From contig JBMNLI010000017.1 in NCBI GenBank assembly GCA_050952645.1, positions 320,001 through 384,000 on the forward strand: a DNA stretch of 64,000 nucleotides, in the 5' to 3' direction. Position numbers and translations under genes: made by a program. The notes under the pieces are model-generated. The model saw nothing but the letters and a program-made list of their open reading frames with translations, did not search any database and was not told the DNA's origin. This document shows positions 1 to 8,809 of this stretch, piece after piece. Origin of the DNA: Bdellovibrionota bacterium (lineage in GTDB: Bacteria; Bdellovibrionota_C; UBA2361; CAKMMH01). The first letter of the stretch is position 1. Every line of letters begins with the position of its first letter.

Positions 1-165
1 TTGGAAGTTACGCTAAAAGGAAATATAACTTATTTAGATTTTAGAGAAAGCTTTAAGCCATTTACGCCCAAATATGAAGAAGACTTTTATAGTAATCAAA
101 GAGTTTTTCTTTGCGTAAATTGGAAGGAAGGCAATCAGCCAGTTGCTGCGTTTATGACTAAGTAA
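1..165 (+). CDS. 3' end of a CDS truncated by the window edge; possible paralog of the lipoprotein at 2899-3768
   Basis: Frame 1 is open from base 1 to TAA at 163-165 (LEVTLKGNITYLDFRESFKPFTPKYEEDFYSNQRVFLCVNWKEGNQPVAAFMTK), followed by a terminator hairpin. Confidence 0.6.
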   Translation: MEVTLKGNITYLDFRESFKPFTPKYEEDFYSNQRVFLCVNWKEGNQPVAAFMTK

Positions 166-237
166 AGAAAAATAACTTAACAAATTAAGAACGCACGTAT
201 ATAAGAGCATCTCATATTCTAAATAGAATATTTTATA

Positions 238-282
238 AGCGAAGAAAATAATCTCAAGTATTGCTTTCTTCGCTTTTTCTTT
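238..282. terminator. Intrinsic terminator between convergent genes
   Basis: AGCGAAGAAA (238-247) pairs with TTTCTTCGCT (265-274), followed by a T-rich run. Confidence 0.6.
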
Positions 283-319
283 ATAAAAAGCCTTAAAAAG
301 TAAAGAACACTACTTTTAT

Positions 320-2704
320 TTATCCATTTGAAGAAGGAACGCACATCATTACTGGTTTACATTCTCCATTTCCGTGTTCTCTGTGATAGCAACTATCTTT
401 TAGGCAATTTGTGCTACAATGCTCAGCATCGTATGGTCGTCTCTGTAATATTTTTCCCTCTTTGCAAGTTGTAACACAACGATAGTTAATAAGATCAACT
501 TCCGCATCGTCGCCATTAGGCTTGCAGCAAATATATTTTCCATTTTGAAATGACACTTCTTCAGTATAGTAATTATTACAACAACCATTAGTACAACCTT
601 TTGGTTTACAACTCCAGCCTCCTTCAATTTGAATCGGTTCTTCCCCTTCTGACTTATTACAACACCTTTGACCATCACCAGTACAATATCCATCATCACA
701 ACACCCCTTGCCACAAGCAGAACTGCCTTCATCGCAACACGTTGTTCCATCACCAGATAGTCGTTCATCTGGGCAACAAAAAGTGCCATTGTTTGTAGGA
801 GTAGTGCCAAGCGCGCAACAAGATTGAACTCCTTCCACAGTTATAATTTGACTATTTTCACAACATTCTTTAGTTTCAGTGCCAATGCAAGTAGAAGTTT
901 CTGTATTACAACACTCATTTTGGCAAAAAGTTTGATTAGCTTCGCAACAAGCTTTAGTATTTGGATTATAATCTAATCCTTCACAGCAAACTTTAACACT
1001 GTCTCCATGACAATCATTTTCATTGCAGCAAGTTTCACCACACGGTTTTTTACCATCTTCGCAACATTTATCATTTATACAATTTGTGCTTTCGCAACAT
1101 TTACCGTCACAAAAAGTTTCATTAGATTCGCAACAAGCTTTAGTATTTGGATTATAATCTAACCCTTCACAGCAAACTTTAACACTGCCACCATGACAAT
1201 CATTTTCATTGCAACAAGTTTCGCCACACGGCTTTTTACCATCTTCGCAGCATTTACCATTTATACAATTTGCGCTTTCGCAACATTTACCGTCACAAAA
1301 AGTTTGATTAGCTTCGCAACAAGCTTGAGTATTCGGATTATAATCTACTCCATTACAGCAAAGTTTATTATCGTTATGACAATTTGATGCATCACAACAA
1401 ATTCCCCCACATATATTTTGATCAGTCTCGCAACATTTCTTTTCCTTAGAACTATACTCTACCAAAAGGCTACAGCAAGTTTTCCCATCATGGCAAGCAG
1501 ATGTTTCGGTATTGCAACATGTGCTTCCGCATACAATATCTTTTTCTCCAGAGCAACACGTGCCTTCTGCGCATTTTGTTTCATCACAACATTCTTCTCC
1601 GCAAAGTATTTGCCCCGTGTCATCACAACATTCAGTATTATTTAGACACTGACCTTCTGGGCAACACCACTCTCCACATAGTGTGCCATCTCTATCTTCG
1701 CAACAGCCAAATGTATCAGCACCACTTGCGCAGCATCTAGTTTCGAGAATAGTTTCATCAACATTTTTATTATCACAACATGCTCCATCTATCAAAGTAG
1801 TGCCTTCAGAACAAGATAAAGTAGAAGAAGCAGATTCTTCACTGCTCTTACTTTCTAAACTACTACTTTCTAAGCTTTCGCTCGAAGCTACACTTTCTAA
1901 AGAGCTCTCACTAGCACTTACACTCTCTTTTATGCAATTATATACGATATAAATATCCTCTCCTTCTTCTTGTACTTCTATACTACACGTTTCGCTATCC
2001 TCGCAACATAAATGCCCACACTGCCTATCAGAAGGACACGCTAAAGAAGCACTAGATAAACTTTCACTGCTAAACGTCTCAGAAGAAAAACTAAACGAGC
2101 TTTTACTCACTTTCTCACAACTAGGAATCGGGATAATCTCACCGTCTGCATTTTCTTGTAAATACGTTTTACACTCCCTCCCCTCTTCACAACAAAGATA
2201 ACCACACTGCCTCTCAGGAGGACACGCTGAAGAAAAACTAAAAGAGCTTTCACTAGATAAACTACTCTCCGAAGAGCTTTCACTTTCCGATGAGCTTTCA
2301 CTTGAAAAAGAAGAAAAACTTTCACTTATAATAACTGGCGGTAAAGATGATGCTGAAGAACTTTGAGTATCACACCACCAAGCAACAACATTTCCAAGCC
2401 CATCGGTCATATAACGACACATTCCTTTCTTACAACATAAGCCAAAACAAAAATCTTCATCTGGTTTACAACCCCCAACTGGCACGCTCGAAGTGGAATC
2501 TTCACTTTCACTAGAAAAACTACTACTAGATGGATTTACTGGCGGTAGTGGTGGCTTCTTACTACTACTAGACGAAAAACTACTATAATAAGAACTAGTG
2601 CTAGGCGACGTAATAGGAGGCTCTGGTGGCAAGCTACTTAAATTACTACTAGAAGACGAACTCTTACTAGAGCTAATTGCTAAAAATAATCGCTTCACAA
2701 ACAT
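320..2704 (-). CDS. Ser-rich / dicysteine-repeat protein; N-terminally headless paralog of 3835-7083
   Basis: 794-aa ORF with very many CC motifs. Residues about 20-280 are nearly identical to an internal segment of the 3835-7083 protein. No clear signal peptide. Confidence 0.75.
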   Translation of the reverse strand: MFVKRLFLAISSSKSSSSSSNLSSLPPEPPITSPSTSSYYSSFSSSSSKKPPLPPVNPSSSSFSSESEDSTSSVPVGGCKPDEDFCFGLCCKKGMCRYMTDGLGNVVAWWCDTQSSSASSLPPVIISESFSSFSSESSSESESSSESSLSSESSFSFSSACPPERQCGYLCCEEGRECKTYLQENADGEIIPIPSCEKVSKSSFSFSSETFSSESLSSASLACPSDRQCGHLCCEDSETCSIEVQEEGEDIYIVYNCIKESVSASESSLESVASSESLESSSLESKSSEESASSTLSCSEGTTLIDGACCDNKNVDETILETRCCASGADTFGCCEDRDGTLCGEWCCPEGQCLNNTECCDDTGQILCGEECCDETKCAEGTCCSGEKDIVCGSTCCNTETSACHDGKTCCSLLVEYSSKEKKCCETDQNICGGICCDASNCHNDNKLCCNGVDYNPNTQACCEANQTFCDGKCCESANCINGKCCEDGKKPCGETCCNENDCHGGSVKVCCEGLDYNPNTKACCESNETFCDGKCCESTNCINDKCCEDGKKPCGETCCNENDCHGDSVKVCCEGLDYNPNTKACCEANQTFCQNECCNTETSTCIGTETKECCENSQIITVEGVQSCCALGTTPTNNGTFCCPDERLSGDGTTCCDEGSSACGKGCCDDGYCTGDGQRCCNKSEGEEPIQIEGGWSCKPKGCTNGCCNNYYTEEVSFQNGKYICCKPNGDDAEVDLINYRCVTTCKEGKILQRRPYDAEHCSTNCLKDSCYHREHGNGECKPVMMCVPSSNG
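924..1345. repeat. In-frame 186-bp (62-aa) tandem repeat, about 2.3 copies
   Basis: TTCGCAACAAGCT recurs at 941, 1127 and 1313. Protein unit is CCExNxTFCDGKCCESxNCIxxKCCEDGKKPCGETCCNENDCHGxSVKVCCEGLDYNPNTKA. Confidence 0.9.
1856..2648. repeat. Direct repeat copy 1 (about 0.8 kb; copy 2 at about 4582-5341)
   Basis: Near-identical DNA, except that 2380-2485 is dissimilar to 5076-5181 and there is a short Ser-rich indel. Confidence 0.95.
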
Positions 2705-2898
2705 CGAATAATTTTTAAATATAATTGACTAAAAATTGCTATTTTGAGAGAATGAAAAGACTAGATGCTTTTTAAAAAGCACGACGAAAGGTTATTTTTG
2801 TGTATTAAATCTTTGCATAGATTGTCTTTATGTTAAAGAATAAGCTAAAAAGCTTTGCACAAAAAGGATTTAACTTTTTACATAAAAGGTACAGAACA

Positions 2899-3768
2899 AT
2901 GAACCGACAATTGTATGCATTGTATGCGATTATTCTTTCGTTTGGGATTATCGGCTCTACTATCTTAACTACAGGATGCAACAACGGCGATAAGGGAGAC
3001 ACTATTTCCTCCACTCGAGCAGTTCGTGAGGATAATGGAGTAGTTGAAACTACACCTCCTCAAATTCCAAACTCGGAAGAAAAGGAAAGCGACTCTCTTC
3101 AACAAAAAGAGACTAATGAAGTTGCTACCACCGATGAGCAAAACGATGAAGCGACTCCTAACATTGCTAAAAGCGAGGAAACCGCTTCGGAAGTTAGCAC
3201 CAATGAGCCTATTAGCGCGGAACTTGCAGAGATTGTAAAGGCCGTAGAAGAGCAAGGCTATTGGTTTAACACCAACGCTACTAAATTAGAAGGCTATTGG
3301 ACCTACGATGGAACTAAGCCTAAAATAATAGAAAGCGATGACAGCAGGTTAGCAGTCATACTCGACTCGGAAGATGGGATTTTTGGAAGGTTTTCCAACC
3401 GATTTAGGATTAACGAAGAAAAAACCTATCCTGATGTTTTTGTATGGATAAACACGAACAATAAACCATTAGCAAGGGGAGCTTCAATACTCGAGGAATT
3501 AGCGAATAGTCCTTGGAACGAAGTATTATATCCCATCGACGCTTGCTCACTTTATAAAAAAGTGGCATACGAACAGTATGAACTTAAAAACGGAATAACG
3601 TTTTGGAATATAAATACGTATTGCTCAGACCCAACCAAGGAATGTTTTTATTCAAAATATCCAATCATTGTATATTTTCATGATTGGAAGAAGAAGAAAA
3701 AGCAAACAAAACAAACAGGACAAACAAACTGCTTTGGCATGTTAAACTTAGTTAGCTTAGAAGAATAA
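2899..3768 (+). CDS. Putative lipoprotein of unknown function
   Basis: ATG at 2899 has AAAGG upstream. Signal MNRQLYALYAIILSFGIIGSTILTTG-C ends in a lipobox-like motif, followed by an acidic disordered linker and a globular domain. Confidence 0.75.
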   Translation: MNRQLYALYAIILSFGIIGSTILTTGCNNGDKGDTISSTRAVREDNGVVETTPPQIPNSEEKESDSLQQKETNEVATTDEQNDEATPNIAKSEETASEVSTNEPISAELAEIVKAVEEQGYWFNTNATKLEGYWTYDGTKPKIIESDDSRLAVILDSEDGIFGRFSNRFRINEEKTYPDVFVWINTNNKPLARGASILEELANSPWNEVLYPIDACSLYKKVAYEQYELKNGITFWNINTYCSDPTKECFYSKYPIIVYFHDWKKKKKQTKQTGQTNCFGMLNLVSLEE

Positions 3769-3777
3769 GCGCTTTAT

Positions 3778-3830
3778 AGATAGAGACACAGGCGTAAAAA
3801 GACACGCCTGCCCGTCTCTATCTTTTTTAT
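3778..3830. terminator. Intrinsic terminator between convergent genes
   Basis: AGATAGAGAC-ACAGGCGT...ACGCCTG-CCC-GTCTCTATCT hairpin followed by a T run. Confidence 0.75.
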
Positions 3831-3834
3831 TTTA

Positions 3835-6800
3835 TCAACTAAAACTACTAGTGCTATAATCTGATGTATTAGTGCTTTTATTACTTTCAAAACTTTGCGA
3901 TGAAAATAAGGAAGTCGAAGAAACGCTTTCTGCTAAAGATGAACTGCTACTACTAGCTCCACATACCCAATATCCCGAACTAAGATCTTGCCACCATAAA
4001 TCTTCCTTACAACACATATAAACCTTATGTGGAGAATGGCTTTCTTGTATAAAACCTATTTGTCTCATAGTTTCTCCATTATTTTGACACTTAGCTGGGT
4101 TATCACACCATAAATTACCTTGAGCATTGGTATAAGTTGAACCCTGTGGACAACAACGAGTTATTTGATTTCCATAAGCATCTCTTCTAATAATAGATAT
4201 CTCTCTTGAATCGCAACAATCATTGCACGGCTCTTCACATCCCCCATTAAAAGGCACTTGCCAATCTTGGCAACAGAGACTTTCATCAGGATTAGCGCAT
4301 TTACCATTATCACAACACGGTTTATCTCCACACGGCACAGGATCTTCATTAGGGCAGCAAGTATCAGAATTACATTTATTTGGGTCGCAACAAACGTCTC
4401 CACACATTTCTGTACCTTCACTGCATGAAGAAGAACTGCTACTACTAAAACTAGATGACGAGCTAGAAGAACTGCTTGAACTACTTGGAGATGATGAACT
4501 AGAAGAAGAGCTACTTAAACTAGATGAACTAGGTGAGCTACTCTTACTCGAACTAGAACTTAAAGAGCTAGAAGAATTGCTTAAACTACTACTTTCTAAG
4601 CTTTCGCTCGAAGCTACACTTTCTAAAGAACTCTCACTAGAACTTACACTCTCTTTTATACAATTATATACGATATAAATATCCTCGCCTTCTTCTTGTA
4701 CTTCTATACTACACGTTTCGCTATCCTCGCAACATAAATGCCCACACTGCCTATCAGAAGGACACGCTAAAGAAGCACTAGATAAACTTTCACTGCTAAA
4801 CGTCTCAGAAGAAAAACTAGACGAGCTTTTACTCACTTTCTCACAACTAGGAATCGGGATAATCTCACCGTCTGCATTTTCTTGTAAATACGTTTTACAC
4901 TCCTCCCCCTCTTCACAACAAAGATAATCACACTGCCTCCAAGGAGGACACGCTGAAGAAAAACTAAAAGAGCTTTCACTTTCTGATGAGCTTTCACTCG
5001 AGAAAGAAGAAAAACTTTCACTTATAATTACTGGCGGTAAAGATGATGCTGAAGAACTTTGAGTATCACACCACCTTGCAGTAACAGAACCATTGACAAT
5101 GGTAAAGCGACAAGTCCCTATCGGACAACATAACCCCTCAAAACAAACTTCCGTATTTGGAGGGCAAACTTCTTGAGGCGTGCTCGAAGTGGAATCTTCA
5201 CTTTCACTAGAAAAACTACTACTAGATGGATTTACTGGCGGTAGTGGTGGCTTCTTACTACTACTAGACGAACTACTAGAATAAGAACTAGTGCTAGGCG
5301 ACGTAATAGGAGGCTCTGGTGGCAAGCTACTTAAATTACTAGAAGAAGAACTACTACTAGGCGACAAACTGCTTTTACTTGATGCACTTGGCAAGCTACT
5401 CTTACTACTTAAAGAACTAGAAGAACTGCTACTTGGCGAACTACTCTTGCTCGAACTGCTTTTGCTAAATGATGATGAACTCTTACTTGATGAACTACTA
5501 CTAGGTGATAAGCTTGAACTTAGAGAACTAGAAAAGCTAGATAAAGAACTCTTACTAAAACTACTACTACTTAATGAACTCCTCGAACTGCTACTTAGCG
5601 AAGAACTAGAACTTAAAAAACTAGAAGAACTGCTTTTACTAGATGAACGTGATAAGCTACTTTTACTTGAACTCGAACTGCTAATACTTGGTGATGAACT
5701 TGAACTTAAAGAACTGCTAAAACTACTTGTTGATGCACTGCTGCTACTACTAGACGAGGAACTCTCGCTAGATGAGCTACTACTTGGTGAAGAACTCTTG
5801 CTTGAAGATGAACTCTTACTAGAAGAGCTTGATGAGCTACTACTTGGTGAAGAACTCTTGTTTGAAGATGAACTCTTACTAGAAGAGCTTGATGAACTAC
5901 TACTACTAGGCGATAAGCTTGAACTTAGAAAACTAGAAGAACTACTACTAGATGAAGAACTAGAACTACTAGACGAACTAGACAAACTGCTACTACTTGG
6001 CGATAAGTTTGAACTTACAGAACTAGAAGAACTTGGCGAACTACTCTTGCTAGAGCTTTTGCTACTAGATGATGAACTTGAAGGTGAACTTAAAGATGAG
6101 CTAGAACTACTAAAACTACTACTACTTAATGAACTAGACGAACTGTTCTTACTACTAGAAGAAGAACTAGAACTTAAAGATGAGCTAGAACTACTTAAAC
6201 TGCTACTGCTAGAAGAACTTAGAGATGAGCTGCTACTAATAGATGCACTGCTACTAGATAAACTACTGCTACTACTAGACGATGAACTGCTAGATGATGA
6301 ACTACTACTAGACGAACTCCCCTTAGGTGAACTAGATGTATCGAAAATTTGCGCAGTCCTAAAAAAACCTACATGAAACGAATCTGCTATGAGAGGCTCA
6401 TCATCTAACAACTTAAATATATCTAATATTATACCAGACTTAATAAAAATCTTCCCTCCCTTCATTGTCCTAAGTTTTATCGTCTCACTTTCTTTATCAA
6501 CGGGAGCAAAATCTAAATATTCTTCCTTCTTCCACAAACTCCCTGGAAGTTTAGTAGTCTTTATACTATCATTATCTAATTTTATACCAGGAATTAAAAT
6601 AGCATACTTAGCTATACACGGCTCCCCTTTTAACTCAAAATATTTAAAGCCTAGTTGCTTAGGTGTCGCCACCTTTTTCGATAATGCTAAATTATAAGCC
6701 GTAATCCAAAATTTACATATAGTAGGACAATCTTTAGATAGAGCTTGCACCTCTGGCACTTCGCATACTTCATCTATTTCACTTCGAGTTTTCCCCCTTA

Positions 6801-7083
6801 TAGACTCACAATTAGGAACGTCTGTATCTCTTAAACCGTCTAGGCAATACTCTCTTAAAGCTACCATAAAATGAGGTGAAACATCGACTACAAATTGCAC
6901 TGGCCTATTTTCTACAGCTATTAACAAGTCTAGATTTCTCTCATTTAAACATACCATATGAAAAACAAATACGAAAACATTCGTCACTACCCATGTAAGT
7001 GCAAAATAATAAAAACAAACTATAGCCATCTCTGTTAAAATACTACCACGACTCGAATGAGACTTTTTATATTTATTTTTCAT
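3835..7083 (-). CDS. Giant TadE/type IV pilin-like protein with poly-Ser stalk and Cys-rich C-terminal modules
   Basis: From ATG 7083: basic leader MKNKYKKSHSSRG|SILTEMAIV (Gly -1, Glu +5), then a hydrophobic helix, an about 200-aa globular region, an about 330-aa Ser tract and CC-containing modules. Confidence 0.75.
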   Translation of the reverse strand: MKNKYKKSHSSRGSILTEMAIVCFYYFALTWVVTNVFVFVFHMVCLNERNLDLLIAVENRPVQFVVDVSPHFMVALREYCLDGLRDTDVPNCESIRGKTRSEIDEVCEVPEVQALSKDCPTICKFWITAYNLALSKKVATPKQLGFKYFELKGEPCIAKYAILIPGIKLDNDSIKTTKLPGSLWKKEEYLDFAPVDKESETIKLRTMKGGKIFIKSGIILDIFKLLDDEPLIADSFHVGFFRTAQIFDTSSSPKGSSSSSSSSSSSSSSSSSSSLSSSSASISSSSSLSSSSSSSLSSSSSSLSSSSSSSSKNSSSSSLSSSSFSSSSSSLSSPSSSSSSSKSSSKSSSPSSSSSVSSNLSPSSSSLSSSSSSSSSSSSSSSSSFLSSSLSPSSSSSSSSSSKSSSSNKSSSPSSSSSSSSSKSSSSSKSSSPSSSSSSESSSSSSSSSASTSSFSSSLSSSSSPSISSSSSSKSSLSRSSSKSSSSSFLSSSSSLSSSSRSSLSSSSFSKSSLSSFSSSLSSSLSPSSSSSSKSSSSFSKSSSSKSSSPSSSSSSSLSSKSSLPSASSKSSLSPSSSSSSSNLSSLPPEPPITSPSTSSYSSSSSSSSKKPPLPPVNPSSSSFSSESEDSTSSTPQEVCPPNTEVCFEGLCCPIGTCRFTIVNGSVTARWCDTQSSSASSLPPVIISESFSSFSSESSSESESSFSFSSACPPWRQCDYLCCEEGEECKTYLQENADGEIIPIPSCEKVSKSSSSFSSETFSSESLSSASLACPSDRQCGHLCCEDSETCSIEVQEEGEDIYIVYNCIKESVSSSESSLESVASSESLESSSLSNSSSSLSSSSSKSSSPSSSSLSSSSSSSSSPSSSSSSSSSSSSFSSSSSSSCSEGTEMCGDVCCDPNKCNSDTCCPNEDPVPCGDKPCCDNGKCANPDESLCCQDWQVPFNGGCEEPCNDCCDSREISIIRRDAYGNQITRCCPQGSTYTNAQGNLWCDNPAKCQNNGETMRQIGFIQESHSPHKVYMCCKEDLWWQDLSSGYWVCGASSSSSSLAESVSSTSLFSSQSFESNKSTNTSDYSTSSFS
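4582..5341. repeat. Direct repeat copy 2 (copy 1 at about 1856-2648)
   Basis: Near-identical DNA read directly from the sequence. Confidence 0.95.
5342..6320. repeat. Low-complexity poly-Ser coding tract with internal duplications
   Basis: ACT/AGA/TGA/GCT triplet runs, including a near-exact 60-bp duplication at 5771-5830 / 5831-5890. Confidence 0.9.
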
Positions 7084-7558
7084 CAAATTTTTATTTTGAA
7101 AGAAATTTTTAAAGAAATCTTTCAATCGACTGTTTGAGGTTAAAAAAAACTTTAACATAAGAAGATTTTTTACTTTTTTTATATATTATATTAAATTTAT
7201 AACCTTTCACTTTTTAAGGTGAGCAAATTATGTACTATACGACAACTACACGATATAAGTCTAAAATCAAGCCTCGCAAAAATTTTTATTTTCGCTAGCA
7301 AAATTTTTTACTCTTTACGTTTTAAGGTGGCTTTAAAACTCCACTAAATAGTATAAATTTTATAACACTTACATACAAATAACAAGATTAAAAATCTTTA
7401 GTCTCTAAAAATTGTAATGATAAATTATAAGACTAAATGCAACACTTTTTTGAACTTAAACTTTCCCTTTTTTTACCAACAAAATTAACTATTATTTTAA
7501 TAAAACAACAACGGTTTTATAAAATAATTTTGTCAATTTACATTAAAAGATAGACTCT

Positions 7559-7691
7559 AACCCACTCAAAACATGAAGAGCCAAATAATTTTTAAAAAAG
7601 TTCAGAAACGACAAATAACAAGTCTTTAAGCTTAAGTTTTGAGCTATTAAAAAACATAGTATACTTAAAAACAAGAAAAAGTTAGGGTTTG
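7559..7691. repeat. Dispersed MITE-like intergenic repeat
   Basis: 7605-7691 resembles 21200-21267 and 45365-45446. 7559-7585 is a reverse-complement match (24/27) to 20016-20042. Confidence 0.6.
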
Positions 7692-7736
7692 AAATAAAAA
7701 TCCACATATAAAATCCACGCATAAAAATCCACACAT

Positions 7737-7775
7737 AAAAAAAAGAGATGCCCAAATTAAAAGACATCTCTTTTC
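7737..7775 (-). terminator. Intrinsic terminator of 7788-8534
   Basis: A-run plus AAAAGAGATG...CATCTCTTTT hairpin. Confidence 0.55.
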
Positions 7776-7787
7776 TTTTATAGTTTT

Positions 7788-8534
7788 TTATAGCTTTCCT
7801 TTAGCTTTTAGGAAACGCACAAATCTCCCTCTCAACATTAAGAGAAGCCTGTTATTAGAAGGACGGCTTGAAACTAAAAACCAAACACGACTCTTAAGGT
7901 TCATTAACTTCCCTCCTCTAGGGAGAAAAAGCCACGAGAACGCCATTGCAATAGAACTTCGAGCAACAAGCTTTACTGTAACATTTTCGTTTCTCTGCAA
8001 ACGACCAAGAGCGTCTGTATTTCGATTTTCATCGATATTGATTATAGCAAAAGATGGAACTTTGCCACTTAAAGAGCCTGGATCAATAATAAGAGTGCCA
8101 GTGTCTTTATCTTTTGTTACGTATTTGAGGTTAGATCTAAGCAAGGCAATATCCCCATCCCTTAAATTGCCTCTAGCAAGCTCATTCCCATTAAGAAGAA
8201 CTGCCACAATATCTTTCACTATCTCTCCGTTTGAACCTAACAAGCCTATGCACAACTTTTCTTGCATAGGTCTAACCCCACTCTTTTCACTACAGCAATC
8301 TAGCCACTCCTTTTGCAATAATTTGTTAAGTTTTTTATATTCGACATTAGTTACGATATACACCTTAAAATTTTTAAACTTATTTATAACTTTTGCTAAA
8401 ACTTTCTCTTCACGTTCGCCATTACAAAAAATAAATACGTATTCAACGCCACGATCCCTTAAGTAGTTAGCAACTTGTCCTGCGATTCTTCCACTTCTTC
8501 CATTTCCCACACCAGCTAGCACTGCAAATCTCAT
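7788..8534 (-). CDS. Hypothetical protein
   Basis: 248-aa ORF with AAAGG upstream and its own terminator. No family recognised. Confidence 0.65.
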   Translation of the reverse strand: MRFAVLAGVGNGRSGRIAGQVANYLRDRGVEYVFIFCNGEREEKVLAKVINKFKNFKVYIVTNVEYKKLNKLLQKEWLDCCSEKSGVRPMQEKLCIGLLGSNGEIVKDIVAVLLNGNELARGNLRDGDIALLRSNLKYVTKDKDTGTLIIDPGSLSGKVPSFAIINIDENRNTDALGRLQRNENVTVKLVARSSIAMAFSWLFLPRGGKLMNLKSRVWFLVSSRPSNNRLLLMLRGRFVRFLKAKGKL

Positions 8535-8809
8535 GGCTATAAACCTTTACTATAAACCTTTCTAACATTATAATTCTAACACTATATTTCTAACATTTTA
8601 ATAATGCTAAAATATTGTTTTCACTTCTACAACCTTTAAACTTATAGCGCTTTCGCACCATTGTTTTACACCCTTAGAAGAATAGATATTTTTAAGTTAT
8701 TAGTCAAATAATATAATCGATAAAATGCAGAAAATAATTTTAAAAAATCTTTATCTTAACCTTTATCTTAACCCTAATCTTAACCTTAAGTAAAAAGCAA
8801 AAATTCCCC

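Noticed and set aside
1856..5341. Diversity-generating retroelement TR/VR pair
   Set aside because: No reverse transcriptase is in the window. The differences include indels and a wholly replaced block rather than evident adenine-only changes.
5291..6376. 361-aa Leu/Glu-rich plus-strand ORF (also 4223-4678 and 1683-1952)
   Set aside because: Antisense shadow of the poly-Ser codons.
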